DNA from: Candidatus Nanoclepta minutus
GTDB taxonomy: Archaea > Nanobdellota > Nanobdellia > Nanobdellales > Nanobdellaceae
DNA: 26,539 bases
Assembly (NCBI GenBank): GCA_003568775.1
Contig: MWMI01000006.1
Location: forward strand, 1-26,539
Direction of reading: 5' to 3'
Positions 8,957 to 16,485 of this stretch are shown in pieces. The translations under genes and the position numbers were made by a program. The stretch's first letter is position 1. Every line of letters begins with the position of its first letter. Under the pieces are notes generated by a model. It was not told where the DNA came from. It was given only the letters and a program-made list of their open reading frames with translations, and did no database searches.

Positions 8957-9739
8957 ATGAGGAAAATGCTCCTAATACCTTCAACCTTTACTGGAGAGAA
9001 GAGAGATAAGAAGATAAGGATATTTTTGATATCGCAAGTTGCAAGAGCAGCTGTAACTTTTGGAATAAATGAAGTTTGTATTTATTATGATCCTGATCCT
9101 AAATTCGATTCCCATGGATTGGGTAGGTTCTTAGTTAAGGTCTTGAAGTACTTAAATACACCTCCTTACTTGAGGAAGGTTGCTTTTCCATTGGATAAAG
9201 ACCTTGAGGAGGTTGGTAGTTCATTACCGATAAAGGCGGAATACCATAACGATAGGAGCAGATACGAGTACGTATATGTATTAAAGAAAGAAGGAAACGA
9301 ATATTTAGTTACAAATGGAAAGGAGGAATTTAAAGTTAGATCAAACAAAGATTTTCGTACGAGAATATTAGTTTACGATAAAATTAATAAGAAGTTTGTA
9401 GAAAAATATGAAACAGAAAAATATTTTGGCTATGAAGTATTTTATTATAATAAACCTTTACCTATGCTTTTAGAAAAATTGAGAAAGGAAGGTTTTTATA
9501 TAATCGGAACATCAAGATTGGGAGAGGATATAAGGAAGATCGATCTAAGAAAGAGCGAAAAGGTTGCAATAGCTTTTGGATCCTTTGCGAGAGGTTTTGA
9601 AGATATGTTTGGAAATAAGTTTAAGGAGATGTTTGATATAACAATAAATGTTGTACCAAATCAATTAATTTATTCCATTAGGACAGAAGAGGCTATATTT
9701 TATACCCTGGCTGTTTTAAGGTATAGGGATATTATATAA
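8957..9739 (+). CDS. SPOUT-superfamily putative RNA methyltransferase (Methyltrn_RNA_3 / COG2106 type)
   Basis: 260 aa. Contains ISQVARAAVTFGINEV, LKYLNTPPYLRKVAFP, IIGTSRLGEDI, AIAFGSFARGF and NQLIYSIRTEEAIFYTLAVL. Confidence 0.78.
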   Translation: MRKMLLIPSTFTGEKRDKKIRIFLISQVARAAVTFGINEVCIYYDPDPKFDSHGLGRFLVKVLKYLNTPPYLRKVAFPLDKDLEEVGSSLPIKAEYHNDRSRYEYVYVLKKEGNEYLVTNGKEEFKVRSNKDFRTRILVYDKINKKFVEKYETEKYFGYEVFYYNKPLPMLLEKLRKEGFYIIGTSRLGEDIRKIDLRKSEKVAIAFGSFARGFEDMFGNKFKEMFDITINVVPNQLIYSIRTEEAIFYTLAVLRYRDII

Positions 9740-9777
9740 GATAAAATTTATAACTACCAAAAAGTAATAACTATACT

Positions 9778-10308
9778 ATGGGGGTCAACAGATATATAAT
9801 AGATGAATTAGGACAGACCTCTACAGGTGCTAGGGTTTATATGATAAAGGGGGTAAATTTAGATGACATATTAGAATCTAGATTCAATCTATCTTCAGAA
9901 CTTAATATGAAAATAAATGAGCTAAAACTAAGACTTAATAAAGGAAAAAATATTGTTTACAGAGCATTTGATCCTTTACAATTTAAGTATGTTATTTCAG
10001 AGGGAACTGATAGAACGCCCGAATATATATCACAACAGGATCCCTATAAGAGTGATACCATATATGCAGGATCCTTGGAGAAAGCTATGGAACATGCAAG
10101 AGAGCCATTTAAGGAAAGAGGCCTAGCCTGTCTATCTCTATATGATAAAGATAAGTTAGAGGAAGTAGATTTTTATGCCTATAAACCAAAAACATCTTTT
10201 AAAGATGCACTTTTAGGAGTCATCTGTTTAAGTGAATCTTATCTTAGTGATATCTATAAGAGCTTACTAGAATTCGATTTATTATCATCAAGAGGGAAGT
10301 ATAGATAA
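9778..10308 (+). CDS. Hypothetical protein, no family recognised
   Basis: 176-aa ATG-initiated ORF that fills the gap between flanking genes. Its composition resembles the neighbouring genes. Confidence 0.55.
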   Translation: MGVNRYIIDELGQTSTGARVYMIKGVNLDDILESRFNLSSELNMKINELKLRLNKGKNIVYRAFDPLQFKYVISEGTDRTPEYISQQDPYKSDTIYAGSLEKAMEHAREPFKERGLACLSLYDKDKLEEVDFYAYKPKTSFKDALLGVICLSESYLSDIYKSLLEFDLLSSRGKYR

Positions 10309-10313
10309 ATGCT

Positions 10314-11126
10314 TTAAACAATTCCGAAGAATTTTAACATTATCTCAAAGAAATATTCTAAAGCTTTTTCCTTTTTCCCCTTCTTCCAAGATTCGTATTC
10401 CTCAGAAAAGAAATGATAACTGGATAGCGGCATATCAGAAACCCTCAATATTGCTAAGGCTTTTTTACCATAATAATTAGTAATTCTATAAAAGCTAGAT
10501 ACTTCCATATCTATCGTAGCTACCCCAATTCCTTTAAGATATTCTAAAAACTCCTTTGTTTCCGAATAGGGAAATGGTACAGTTGCATGTAATTTTGAAT
10601 GAATATTAACTTTGGCATTAGATGACAACTCTAATATCCTATTAAGTAAATGTTCATCTGCCTTTGGAATTGCCTCTGAAATATCTATATACCATGAACT
10701 AACATCTTCAAAAGGAATCGCGTATTTCGGGATATTAATATCTCCCGTTATAACATTATCGTCTAGAGATCCTGCACTTCCTAGGAATAGTATTTCCTTT
10801 ATATTTTCAATTAGGCAAAGTATTCTGATTCTTTCTGTGAAATCTATTAAACCTCTTCCAGTAAAAATTACAAATCCCGATCTATTGTTCTTTTTAACAT
10901 ATAGATTTCCTTTGAATGGCTTTAATAGTCTATCTTCAGATTTTATCCACTTATATTCTATATCTATATCCTCTAATCTCTTTTCAAAATCATCTGGAAG
11001 ATTATGTTCAACCGGAAGAGGAGTTACAATAATCTTATCTGTAAATTCTGATTCTTCAATTCCAAATTCTATTTTAATGATTTTCTTCTTTAGTTCTTCA
11101 TTTCTTACGAAATCTCCGTATACCAT
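10314..11126 (-). CDS. Nucleoside phosphorylase/nucleosidase family protein (PNP_UDP_1-like)
   Basis: 270 aa. Contains GFVIFTGRG, ILFLGSAGSL, GDINIP and ATIDMEVSSFY, the arrangement typical of phosphorylase family 1. Substrate unknown. Confidence 0.6.
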   Translation of the reverse strand: MVYGDFVRNEELKKKIIKIEFGIEESEFTDKIIVTPLPVEHNLPDDFEKRLEDIDIEYKWIKSEDRLLKPFKGNLYVKKNNRSGFVIFTGRGLIDFTERIRILCLIENIKEILFLGSAGSLDDNVITGDINIPKYAIPFEDVSSWYIDISEAIPKADEHLLNRILELSSNAKVNIHSKLHATVPFPYSETKEFLEYLKGIGVATIDMEVSSFYRITNYYGKKALAILRVSDMPLSSYHFFSEEYESWKKGKKEKALEYFFEIMLKFFGIV

Positions 11127-11149
11127 TGGATTTCGTAGAATTATAGATT

Positions 11150-11167
11150 TTATAATTTTTATAAAAG
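11150..11167 (-). promoter_or_regulatory. Shared tRNA-Tyr oligo-T terminator and TATA-like promoter element for the phosphorylase-like gene
   Basis: The minus strand reads CTTTTATAAAAATTATAA immediately after the tRNA 3' end. The T-run fits an archaeal terminator. TTTATAAAAA is centred about 34 nt upstream of ATG 11126. Confidence 0.35.
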
Positions 11168-11261
11168 TCCGGGCGGGGGGATTTGAACCCCCGACCTGCC
11201 GGTCTCTGCGGCCATTTAAATCACTACAGCCGGCCGCTCTGCCAGGCTGAGCTACGCCCGG
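11168..11261 (-). tRNA. tRNA-Tyr (anticodon GUA) with a 20-nt intron after position 37
   Basis: Hand-folded as CCGGGCG-UA-GCUC-AGCCUGGCA-GAGC-G-GCCGG-CUGUAG[intron]A-CCGGC-AGGUC-GGGGG-UUCAAAU-CCCCC-CGCCCGG-A. The C1-G72 pair and A73 are the archaeal/eukaryal Tyr identity set. CCA is not encoded. Confidence 0.9.
11204..11223 (-). other. tRNA-Tyr intron (canonical 37/38 position)
   Basis: Intron UGAUUUAAAUGGCCGCAGAG. A central 4-bp helix CUGU/GCAG is flanked by 3-nt bulges AG|U and AG|A that carry the inferred splice sites, so this is bulge-helix-bulge-like. Confidence 0.75.
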
Positions 11262-11291
11262 TATGTTATATAATATAAATCAATAAATTAT

Positions 11292-11696
11292 TTAAGCTCT
11301 TAACTTATCCGTTATTGGTTTTAATAATAAGGTTAGCAGACCTATTATTGTTCCAAAAACTGCTAAATCATAAAAACCTACTCCAACAGCCATTCCAATT
11401 GAGGAAGTCAACCATAAAGAAGCAGCAGTCGTAAGGCCAACTACCTTATCCTCTTCTTTAAATATGGTTCCTGCTCCTATAAAACCTATCCCTGCAACAA
11501 TATAAGAAGCTACCCTTGCGGGATCTGCTCCAGGAAAAGCTTGAGAGGACAATATCGTGAAAATTGTTGCTCCTACGCTAACTAAAATATGAGTTCTCAC
11601 GCCTGCTGGTTTATGACGATACTCCCTTTCTATTCCTAATAAAGAAGATAAAAATGCTGATAAAAGTAGCTTAAGAAGGTTTTCTAGTGTCCCCAT
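11292..11696 (-). CDS. MgtC/SapB family membrane protein
   Basis: 134 aa with about 4 TM segments. Signature LLGIEREYRHKPAGVRTHILVSVGA. Confidence 0.8.
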   Translation of the reverse strand: MGTLENLLKLLLSAFLSSLLGIEREYRHKPAGVRTHILVSVGATIFTILSSQAFPGADPARVASYIVAGIGFIGAGTIFKEEDKVVGLTTAASLWLTSSIGMAVGVGFYDLAVFGTIIGLLTLLLKPITDKLRA

Positions 11697-12229
11697 TCTT
11701 CTTTTAGGAGATCATAATACAACTCGTCTACAAAACCTTCCCCAGGAGTATAATTATGCCTTCTTAATTTTCCAACTAACTTAAATCCATTCTTTTCTAG
11801 AACTCTTTGAGAAGCTTTGTTGGATTCAAGAGCTCTTGCCCAAACCTTATTTAGATTTAAGTATTCAAAAGCATACTTTAATGTTAATTTTACTGCTTCC
11901 GTAGCATATCCTCTATTCCAATAATCTCTCCAGATCCAATAACCCAACTCTGCGTGTTTAGAATAAGAGTCTATCTTATGTAAACCAATTAAGCCAACTA
12001 ACTCATTTGAAGAATTTTCAACAATACAAAACACTATATTCTCATCTTTATTCTTCACAATATTTTCATACCATTTCTCTTCATCTTCATAATAGATAGG
12101 TTGCCATCTACGTTCTAGATATTTTCTTAATTCAAAATCTCCGTAATATTTCCAGATTAATTTTATATCATCTTTAGTTAAGGTCCATAAAGAAATTTTT
12201 TCTCCTTTTAAAGCTAAATGACCTGGCAT
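11684..12229 (-). CDS. GNAT N-acetyltransferase (RimJ/RimL-like)
   Basis: 181 aa. Contains LVGLIGLHKID, WNRGYATEAVKLTLKYAF and ALESNKASQRVLEKNGFK. Its 3' end overlaps the MgtC start by 13 nt. Confidence 0.8.
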   Translation of the reverse strand: MPGHLALKGEKISLWTLTKDDIKLIWKYYGDFELRKYLERRWQPIYYEDEEKWYENIVKNKDENIVFCIVENSSNELVGLIGLHKIDSYSKHAELGYWIWRDYWNRGYATEAVKLTLKYAFEYLNLNKVWARALESNKASQRVLEKNGFKLVGKLRRHNYTPGEGFVDELYYDLLKEEWGH

Positions 12230-12233
12230 TTCT

Positions 12234-13622
12234 TTAAGCTATTATAGTTATTGAAATTGTATTGGAAGCTGCAATTTTTTCGCTCATATATAGATAGTTA
12301 TAGACAATTGATGCTGGAGGTAATGAGAGGACTTTTTGCTTTATCTCTTTTGGTATTTCAATTGTGTAAGAAATTATTATCTCCTCCTTTGGTTTTATAT
12401 ACTCATAGCTCCATTCTAGTATAGTTTCTTTATCCTCCTTATAAACTCCAGATGGTGAGGATACATCATACTTCTTTACTTTCAATTCACTTGGTATCCT
12501 ATCCCTTATTATTACATACTTTATTGGTAGAACGCTTTTGTTCTTAATATAAATTGCAACTCTAAGTATTCCCTCATTTAAAGATAACCTTACTATTTCC
12601 TTTCTGATCTCAACATTTGGTCTTAGTAAACCAATTAAAAATGCTATAAATAAGGCTACTATTATACCTAGAACCAAGATAAAATAAATATCTATTTGTT
12701 TCTTTATTACATAACTTTCCTGAGGTAACAGAACAATTTCCCATCTTGCATATATTTTTCCATCCCTTACTATATATTCCTTTGGATAGGGATATAACCT
12801 ATAAACTAATAGATCCCAATTACTATATGGTATCTCATACTCGTAGATCAATATCTTCGTTGTAGAGGGGTTAGTTATGATTATATAACCGTCCCTTTCC
12901 TCTATCTTTGGTGTAACAACTTCTTTTAATACCGTTAAATTGCGCTGAAGTATTATATTGCCAGCTATAACCTTTACCTCAAACTCCGATACATTTAGGC
13001 CAGTTGGAACAATAAAGCTCTGTTGAATTATGTTAGTACCTGGAGATACGTTTGCGAATAGCTCTTTATACAAACCAAAGGAGAGGTTAATGTATATAGG
13101 TACGGTAATTTCGAAATCATTTGGATTATAGATAGAGATAAAAATAACGAGGTCCCCTCCCTCCTTAACCTCTCTTTCCGGATATATACTTATCTCCTGA
13201 AGAGATGGTTGTTTAAAATTTTCTGGAAGCTTATATACTATAAAGGGACTTAAATATACCTCTGAGCTAGTCTTAATTCCGTCATAAAATGATACTAAAA
13301 ATGAGGCAGCTTTGGTAGTCTTTATGGAGGGTCTTGCATAAATTGTAATGGTCTTTCTTTCGTTCGGCCCTAAGGATCCTTCCTTATCATAATAAACAAT
13401 TATCCAATCTGGAGAAATAGTGTATATAACATAATTAACCGTATGATTTGCAGGATTTATGAGATCTAATTTATATATCGAATAGTCGCTTTTATTGTAA
13501 AAATCTACATAATTTTTAATAGCTTTTGGTATACTTACAATTGGTTGGGTTTCGCACAGTATATTTTTAGGAGTTGATAGTATAAAAAGTATAGATAACA
13601 GCACAAAAATTACTTTTTTCAT
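12234..13622 (-). CDS. Secreted/membrane-anchored protein with beta-sandwich (CARDB/DUF11-like) modules
   Basis: Start moved to ATG 13622 (MKKVIFVLLSILFILSTP, a signal-peptide-like sequence) because the track's 38-codon extension runs through tRNA-Leu. One TM (FILVLGIIVALFIAFLIGLL) is followed by a module of the type L.V.I.I.N.S...I..V.I.D.IP. Confidence 0.7.
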   Translation of the reverse strand: MKKVIFVLLSILFILSTPKNILCETQPIVSIPKAIKNYVDFYNKSDYSIYKLDLINPANHTVNYVIYTISPDWIIVYYDKEGSLGPNERKTITIYARPSIKTTKAASFLVSFYDGIKTSSEVYLSPFIVYKLPENFKQPSLQEISIYPEREVKEGGDLVIFISIYNPNDFEITVPIYINLSFGLYKELFANVSPGTNIIQQSFIVPTGLNVSEFEVKVIAGNIILQRNLTVLKEVVTPKIEERDGYIIITNPSTTKILIYEYEIPYSNWDLLVYRLYPYPKEYIVRDGKIYARWEIVLLPQESYVIKKQIDIYFILVLGIIVALFIAFLIGLLRPNVEIRKEIVRLSLNEGILRVAIYIKNKSVLPIKYVIIRDRIPSELKVKKYDVSSPSGVYKEDKETILEWSYEYIKPKEEIIISYTIEIPKEIKQKVLSLPPASIVYNYLYMSEKIAASNTISITIIA

Positions 13623-13658
13623 TAAAGATAATAAAATAACATTATTTAAAAATTTGAA

Positions 13659-13742
13659 TGAGCCCGGGGGGATTCGAACCCCCGAAGGGTCTACCCCATC
13701 GGGACCTGAACCCGACCCCTTTGACCTCTCGGGCACGGGCTC
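13659..13742 (-). tRNA. tRNA-Leu (anticodon CAG), class II with long variable arm
   Basis: Hand-folded as GAGCCCG-UG-CCC-GAGAGGUCAAA-GGG-G-UCGGG-UUCAGGU-CCCGA-UGGGGUAGACCCUUC-GGGGG-UUCGAAU-CCCCC-CGGGCUC-A. Confidence 0.93.
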
Positions 13743-13743
13743 A

Positions 13744-15417
13744 TTACATATCTTTATATATAAGTTCTAAATATTTTTTATACCACCTATTCCAGTATTC
13801 TTCTGGGGAAATATTAAGATTAAACTCCTCTAATAGCTTCTTTACAATATCAATCATTCTTTTACTCTCCCAGAATACGGGTTCTGCATTAGCTAACTTT
13901 CTATACTCTATTAGCTTCCTAAACCAGTATTTGGCATTCTTTAGATCTTCTTCCTTGATTAGATAGTTTTCTACCCATCCTCTATGGAATCTACATACTC
14001 CATAATTTTCTATGGCATATTCATACAAGCCTCTCTTAAAGCAAGCTTCAGCATATTCCTCTGGTTGTTTTGCCGTAAAGTGATAATCAGAAAAGTACTT
14101 CCCATGCATTATAATTGGTAAGATCAATCCTAATGTCCAATAAAAGTTTTGAGTTATATCATATTCCTCTCCAAACGGTATATAAATGGATATATCTTTT
14201 ATATTTAAGTTCTTTGCAATTTTTCTAATCCCTTCTCCTAATATTTTTATTTCTCCTTTTGCAATTTTTTCAATCAAACTTTTTGCTATCCTATAGTTCT
14301 TTTCTGAGTAATCCTCTTTATATTCGCTTATATCTAATATAGGCTTTTCTGATAACCCTAAATCTTCTGGTTTTATCAAACCCTTTGATAAACCTTCCAT
14401 AACTGCTCCTAGAACAAATCCCAAGTATATAGCATCGAATCCGTAATCATCACAAGTTTTTATGAGATCCCTTACTAATTCTCTATTGAATATTCCTATA
14501 AATGGTCCTAATCCATTAGCCGGCTCATAATCTATCTTCACATTTTTCTCTATTTTCTTACATGCAGCTACACATTTTTCCCCACAAGTATCAGATGAAA
14601 AGTTATAATCTTTTAACAAGATGGTTTCTACAAACTTCTTATAGAAATCTTCTCTTCCTTCTTTTGATAAATATATATTCTGATAGTTTAGGTAAGGCAA
14701 ATTACCTCTCATAGATGGATAATTCCCCCTAAAGGTACCGTCATCTCTATACTTTTTAGTAGCTTCGAGAACTTTTTGTATATCGTATTGGATTACTTCT
14801 ACTTTGTTATCTCCACCTATTGATAATCCAACAACGTTATGTGCCCTATATAAAACACTCCCTCCCCCACCCCTAGCAGCGATATCTACTACCTCCGGCT
14901 TATCTGATCTAAAGGATACCAGGGCTCCATAATCCGTATTTGCAGAAGCTAATCCGACTAGAACCACTCTAAACTTTTTCTCTCCATAGAGGTCTTTTAG
15001 CTTTTTATATAGCTCTATGGATTTTTCAGAAATCTTTTCTGGAACTTTTTCTTCTAAGAATATTACGTTATCGTTTTCTATAATAATGAAAACCTGTTTT
15101 GGCGATTTTCCCTCAATTACTATTGCATCAAAACCAGCTAACTTCACATACTCACCTAGGTCACCTATAGATGAAGCATGTATTCCACCGTGTAACGGGC
15201 TTCTAAAGACAAAAACACCTCTCTGTATTCCACCATAATTTAGCTTTCCAGTTCCAAATACAATAACGTTATTCTGGCTATATACCTCATGTTTCCAACT
15301 ATTATACTCTTCTAGATGTAAGTAAATACCGAGGTCTATCACCCCTTTTATATTTGGATTCTCTATAATCCTTACCTTACTTTCCTTTTTCTCAACATTT
15401 ATGAACAGTACCCTCAT
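13744..15417 (-). CDS. AOR-family tungsto/molybdopterin oxidoreductase, divergent (GAPOR-like)
   Basis: 557 aa. Contains FRSPLHGG, KLAGFDAIVIEGKSPKQVFI, AARGGGGSVLYRAHNVVGLSIGG, the Cys cluster CGEKCVAAC plus a later VCRF, and CDDYGFDAIYLG. From memory, it resembles glyceraldehyde-3-phosphate:ferredoxin oxidoreductase more than AOR proper. Confidence 0.78.
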   Translation of the reverse strand: MRVLFINVEKKESKVRIIENPNIKGVIDLGIYLHLEEYNSWKHEVYSQNNVIVFGTGKLNYGGIQRGVFVFRSPLHGGIHASSIGDLGEYVKLAGFDAIVIEGKSPKQVFIIIENDNVIFLEEKVPEKISEKSIELYKKLKDLYGEKKFRVVLVGLASANTDYGALVSFRSDKPEVVDIAARGGGGSVLYRAHNVVGLSIGGDNKVEVIQYDIQKVLEATKKYRDDGTFRGNYPSMRGNLPYLNYQNIYLSKEGREDFYKKFVETILLKDYNFSSDTCGEKCVAACKKIEKNVKIDYEPANGLGPFIGIFNRELVRDLIKTCDDYGFDAIYLGFVLGAVMEGLSKGLIKPEDLGLSEKPILDISEYKEDYSEKNYRIAKSLIEKIAKGEIKILGEGIRKIAKNLNIKDISIYIPFGEEYDITQNFYWTLGLILPIIMHGKYFSDYHFTAKQPEEYAEACFKRGLYEYAIENYGVCRFHRGWVENYLIKEEDLKNAKYWFRKLIEYRKLANAEPVFWESKRMIDIVKKLLEEFNLNISPEEYWNRWYKKYLELIYKDM

Positions 15418-16485
15418 TTATATTTTCCTTATCTTTGCAATATAAAACCCTTCTGTGTCATTATCCCACGGCCATATCCTTAAAGTATATTTTATATCTG
15501 AGAAATATCTCTCTCCCCTCCATTCTAGTATAGGTTCGGATCTCTTTAAGTTTGGAACTTCTATCCTCTCTATTCTCGCATTTTCCCTCTTATATAACAA
15601 GTAATTAACAACCTCTTCATTTTCTTCAGGTTCGATCGAACATGTAGAGTATACTAAAATTCCATCCTCCTTTAAAACATCGAAAGCAGACAGTATAAGT
15701 TGCTTCTGTAATCTCGAAAGCCTTTGGATCATCCTTTCGTTCCAGATTATAAAAGTCTTAAAGGATTTCCTTATAGCACCGGTCCCCGAGCAGGGAGCGT
15801 CTAGGAGAACTTTATCGAAAGTTATGTTCAGATCCTTTATCTTCCTCCCATCCATATGTAATACCAGTGTATTTATAACTCCCTGCTTCTGTAAGTTGCT
15901 CGATAGAGCCTTTAACCTATACTTATCAACATCCACAGCAAGGATAATACCCTTGTTTTCCATATGCATCGCCATTTGAGTTGTCTTTGAACCTGGCGCT
16001 GCTGCAAGGTCTAATACAGTTTCACCAGGTTTTGGATCTAGTACTATTGGAGGTATCATAGATGCTGCTTCCTGTGAATAATAGTAACCCAATTGAAATT
16101 CTAATGTATTCCCAATATCCCTCCTACCTGGATGGCTAACCCAGAAACCATACTTATAAAAGGCTATTCTTTCTATCTCCCATCCTCTCTCCTTCAACCT
16201 TTTGAGTACATCCGTTGCCTTTATTTTTAAATTGAAAGGGTACTGCCTTAAATTATATAGGGAATCTATACCAATATTAGTTTCCCCACTTACTATCCCC
16301 TCTAGATTTTCTGGAAGAAGGTCATCAAATACCTTTATTGTATTTATCCTTATAGCTTTCTTAAGAGGTCTTAGAGAGAAATCTATAAATTTTTCATATA
16401 ATTCTCCAAGAAGTTTCCTGTAATGATCTTCAAAATCTTTTTTTATTCTAATTTCTCTATTTTTCACTCTTATATTCTTCTTCAA
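15418..16485 (-). CDS. NOL1/NOP2/Sun-family RNA (cytosine-C5)-methyltransferase
   Basis: 355 aa. Contains GYYYSQEAASM, VLDLAAAPGSKTT, LLDAPCSGTG and LVYSTCS. The track start is TTG (16485), which overlaps hef by 29 nt. An alternative GTG lies at 16467. Confidence 0.88.
   Translation of the reverse strand: MKKNIRVKNREIRIKKDFEDHYRKLLGELYEKFIDFSLRPLKKAIRINTIKVFDDLLPENLEGIVSGETNIGIDSLYNLRQYPFNLKIKATDVLKRLKERGWEIERIAFYKYGFWVSHPGRRDIGNTLEFQLGYYYSQEAASMIPPIVLDPKPGETVLDLAAAPGSKTTQMAMHMENKGIILAVDVDKYRLKALSSNLQKQGVINTLVLHMDGRKIKDLNITFDKVLLDAPCSGTGAIRKSFKTFIIWNERMIQRLSRLQKQLILSAFDVLKEDGILVYSTCSIEPEENEEVVNYLLYKRENARIERIEVPNLKRSEPILEWRGERYFSDIKYTLRIWPWDNDTEGFYIAKIRKI

Noticed and set aside
10612-11250. 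A 212-aa plus-strand ORF, long for an AT-rich genome.
   Set aside because: It starts at TTG and has the Ser/Ile/Leu/Phe-rich shadow composition of an antisense frame. It lies opposite a motif-bearing phosphorylase-like gene, and its C-terminus is the antisense of tRNA-Tyr.
13623-13736. The 38-codon N-terminal extension of track ORF 12234..13736 (MPERSKGSGSGPDGVDPSGVRIPPGS...).
   Set aside because: It is the antisense reading of the GC-rich tRNA-Leu(CAG) gene. A signal-peptide-like Met (MKKVIFVLL) at 13622 is the sensible start.
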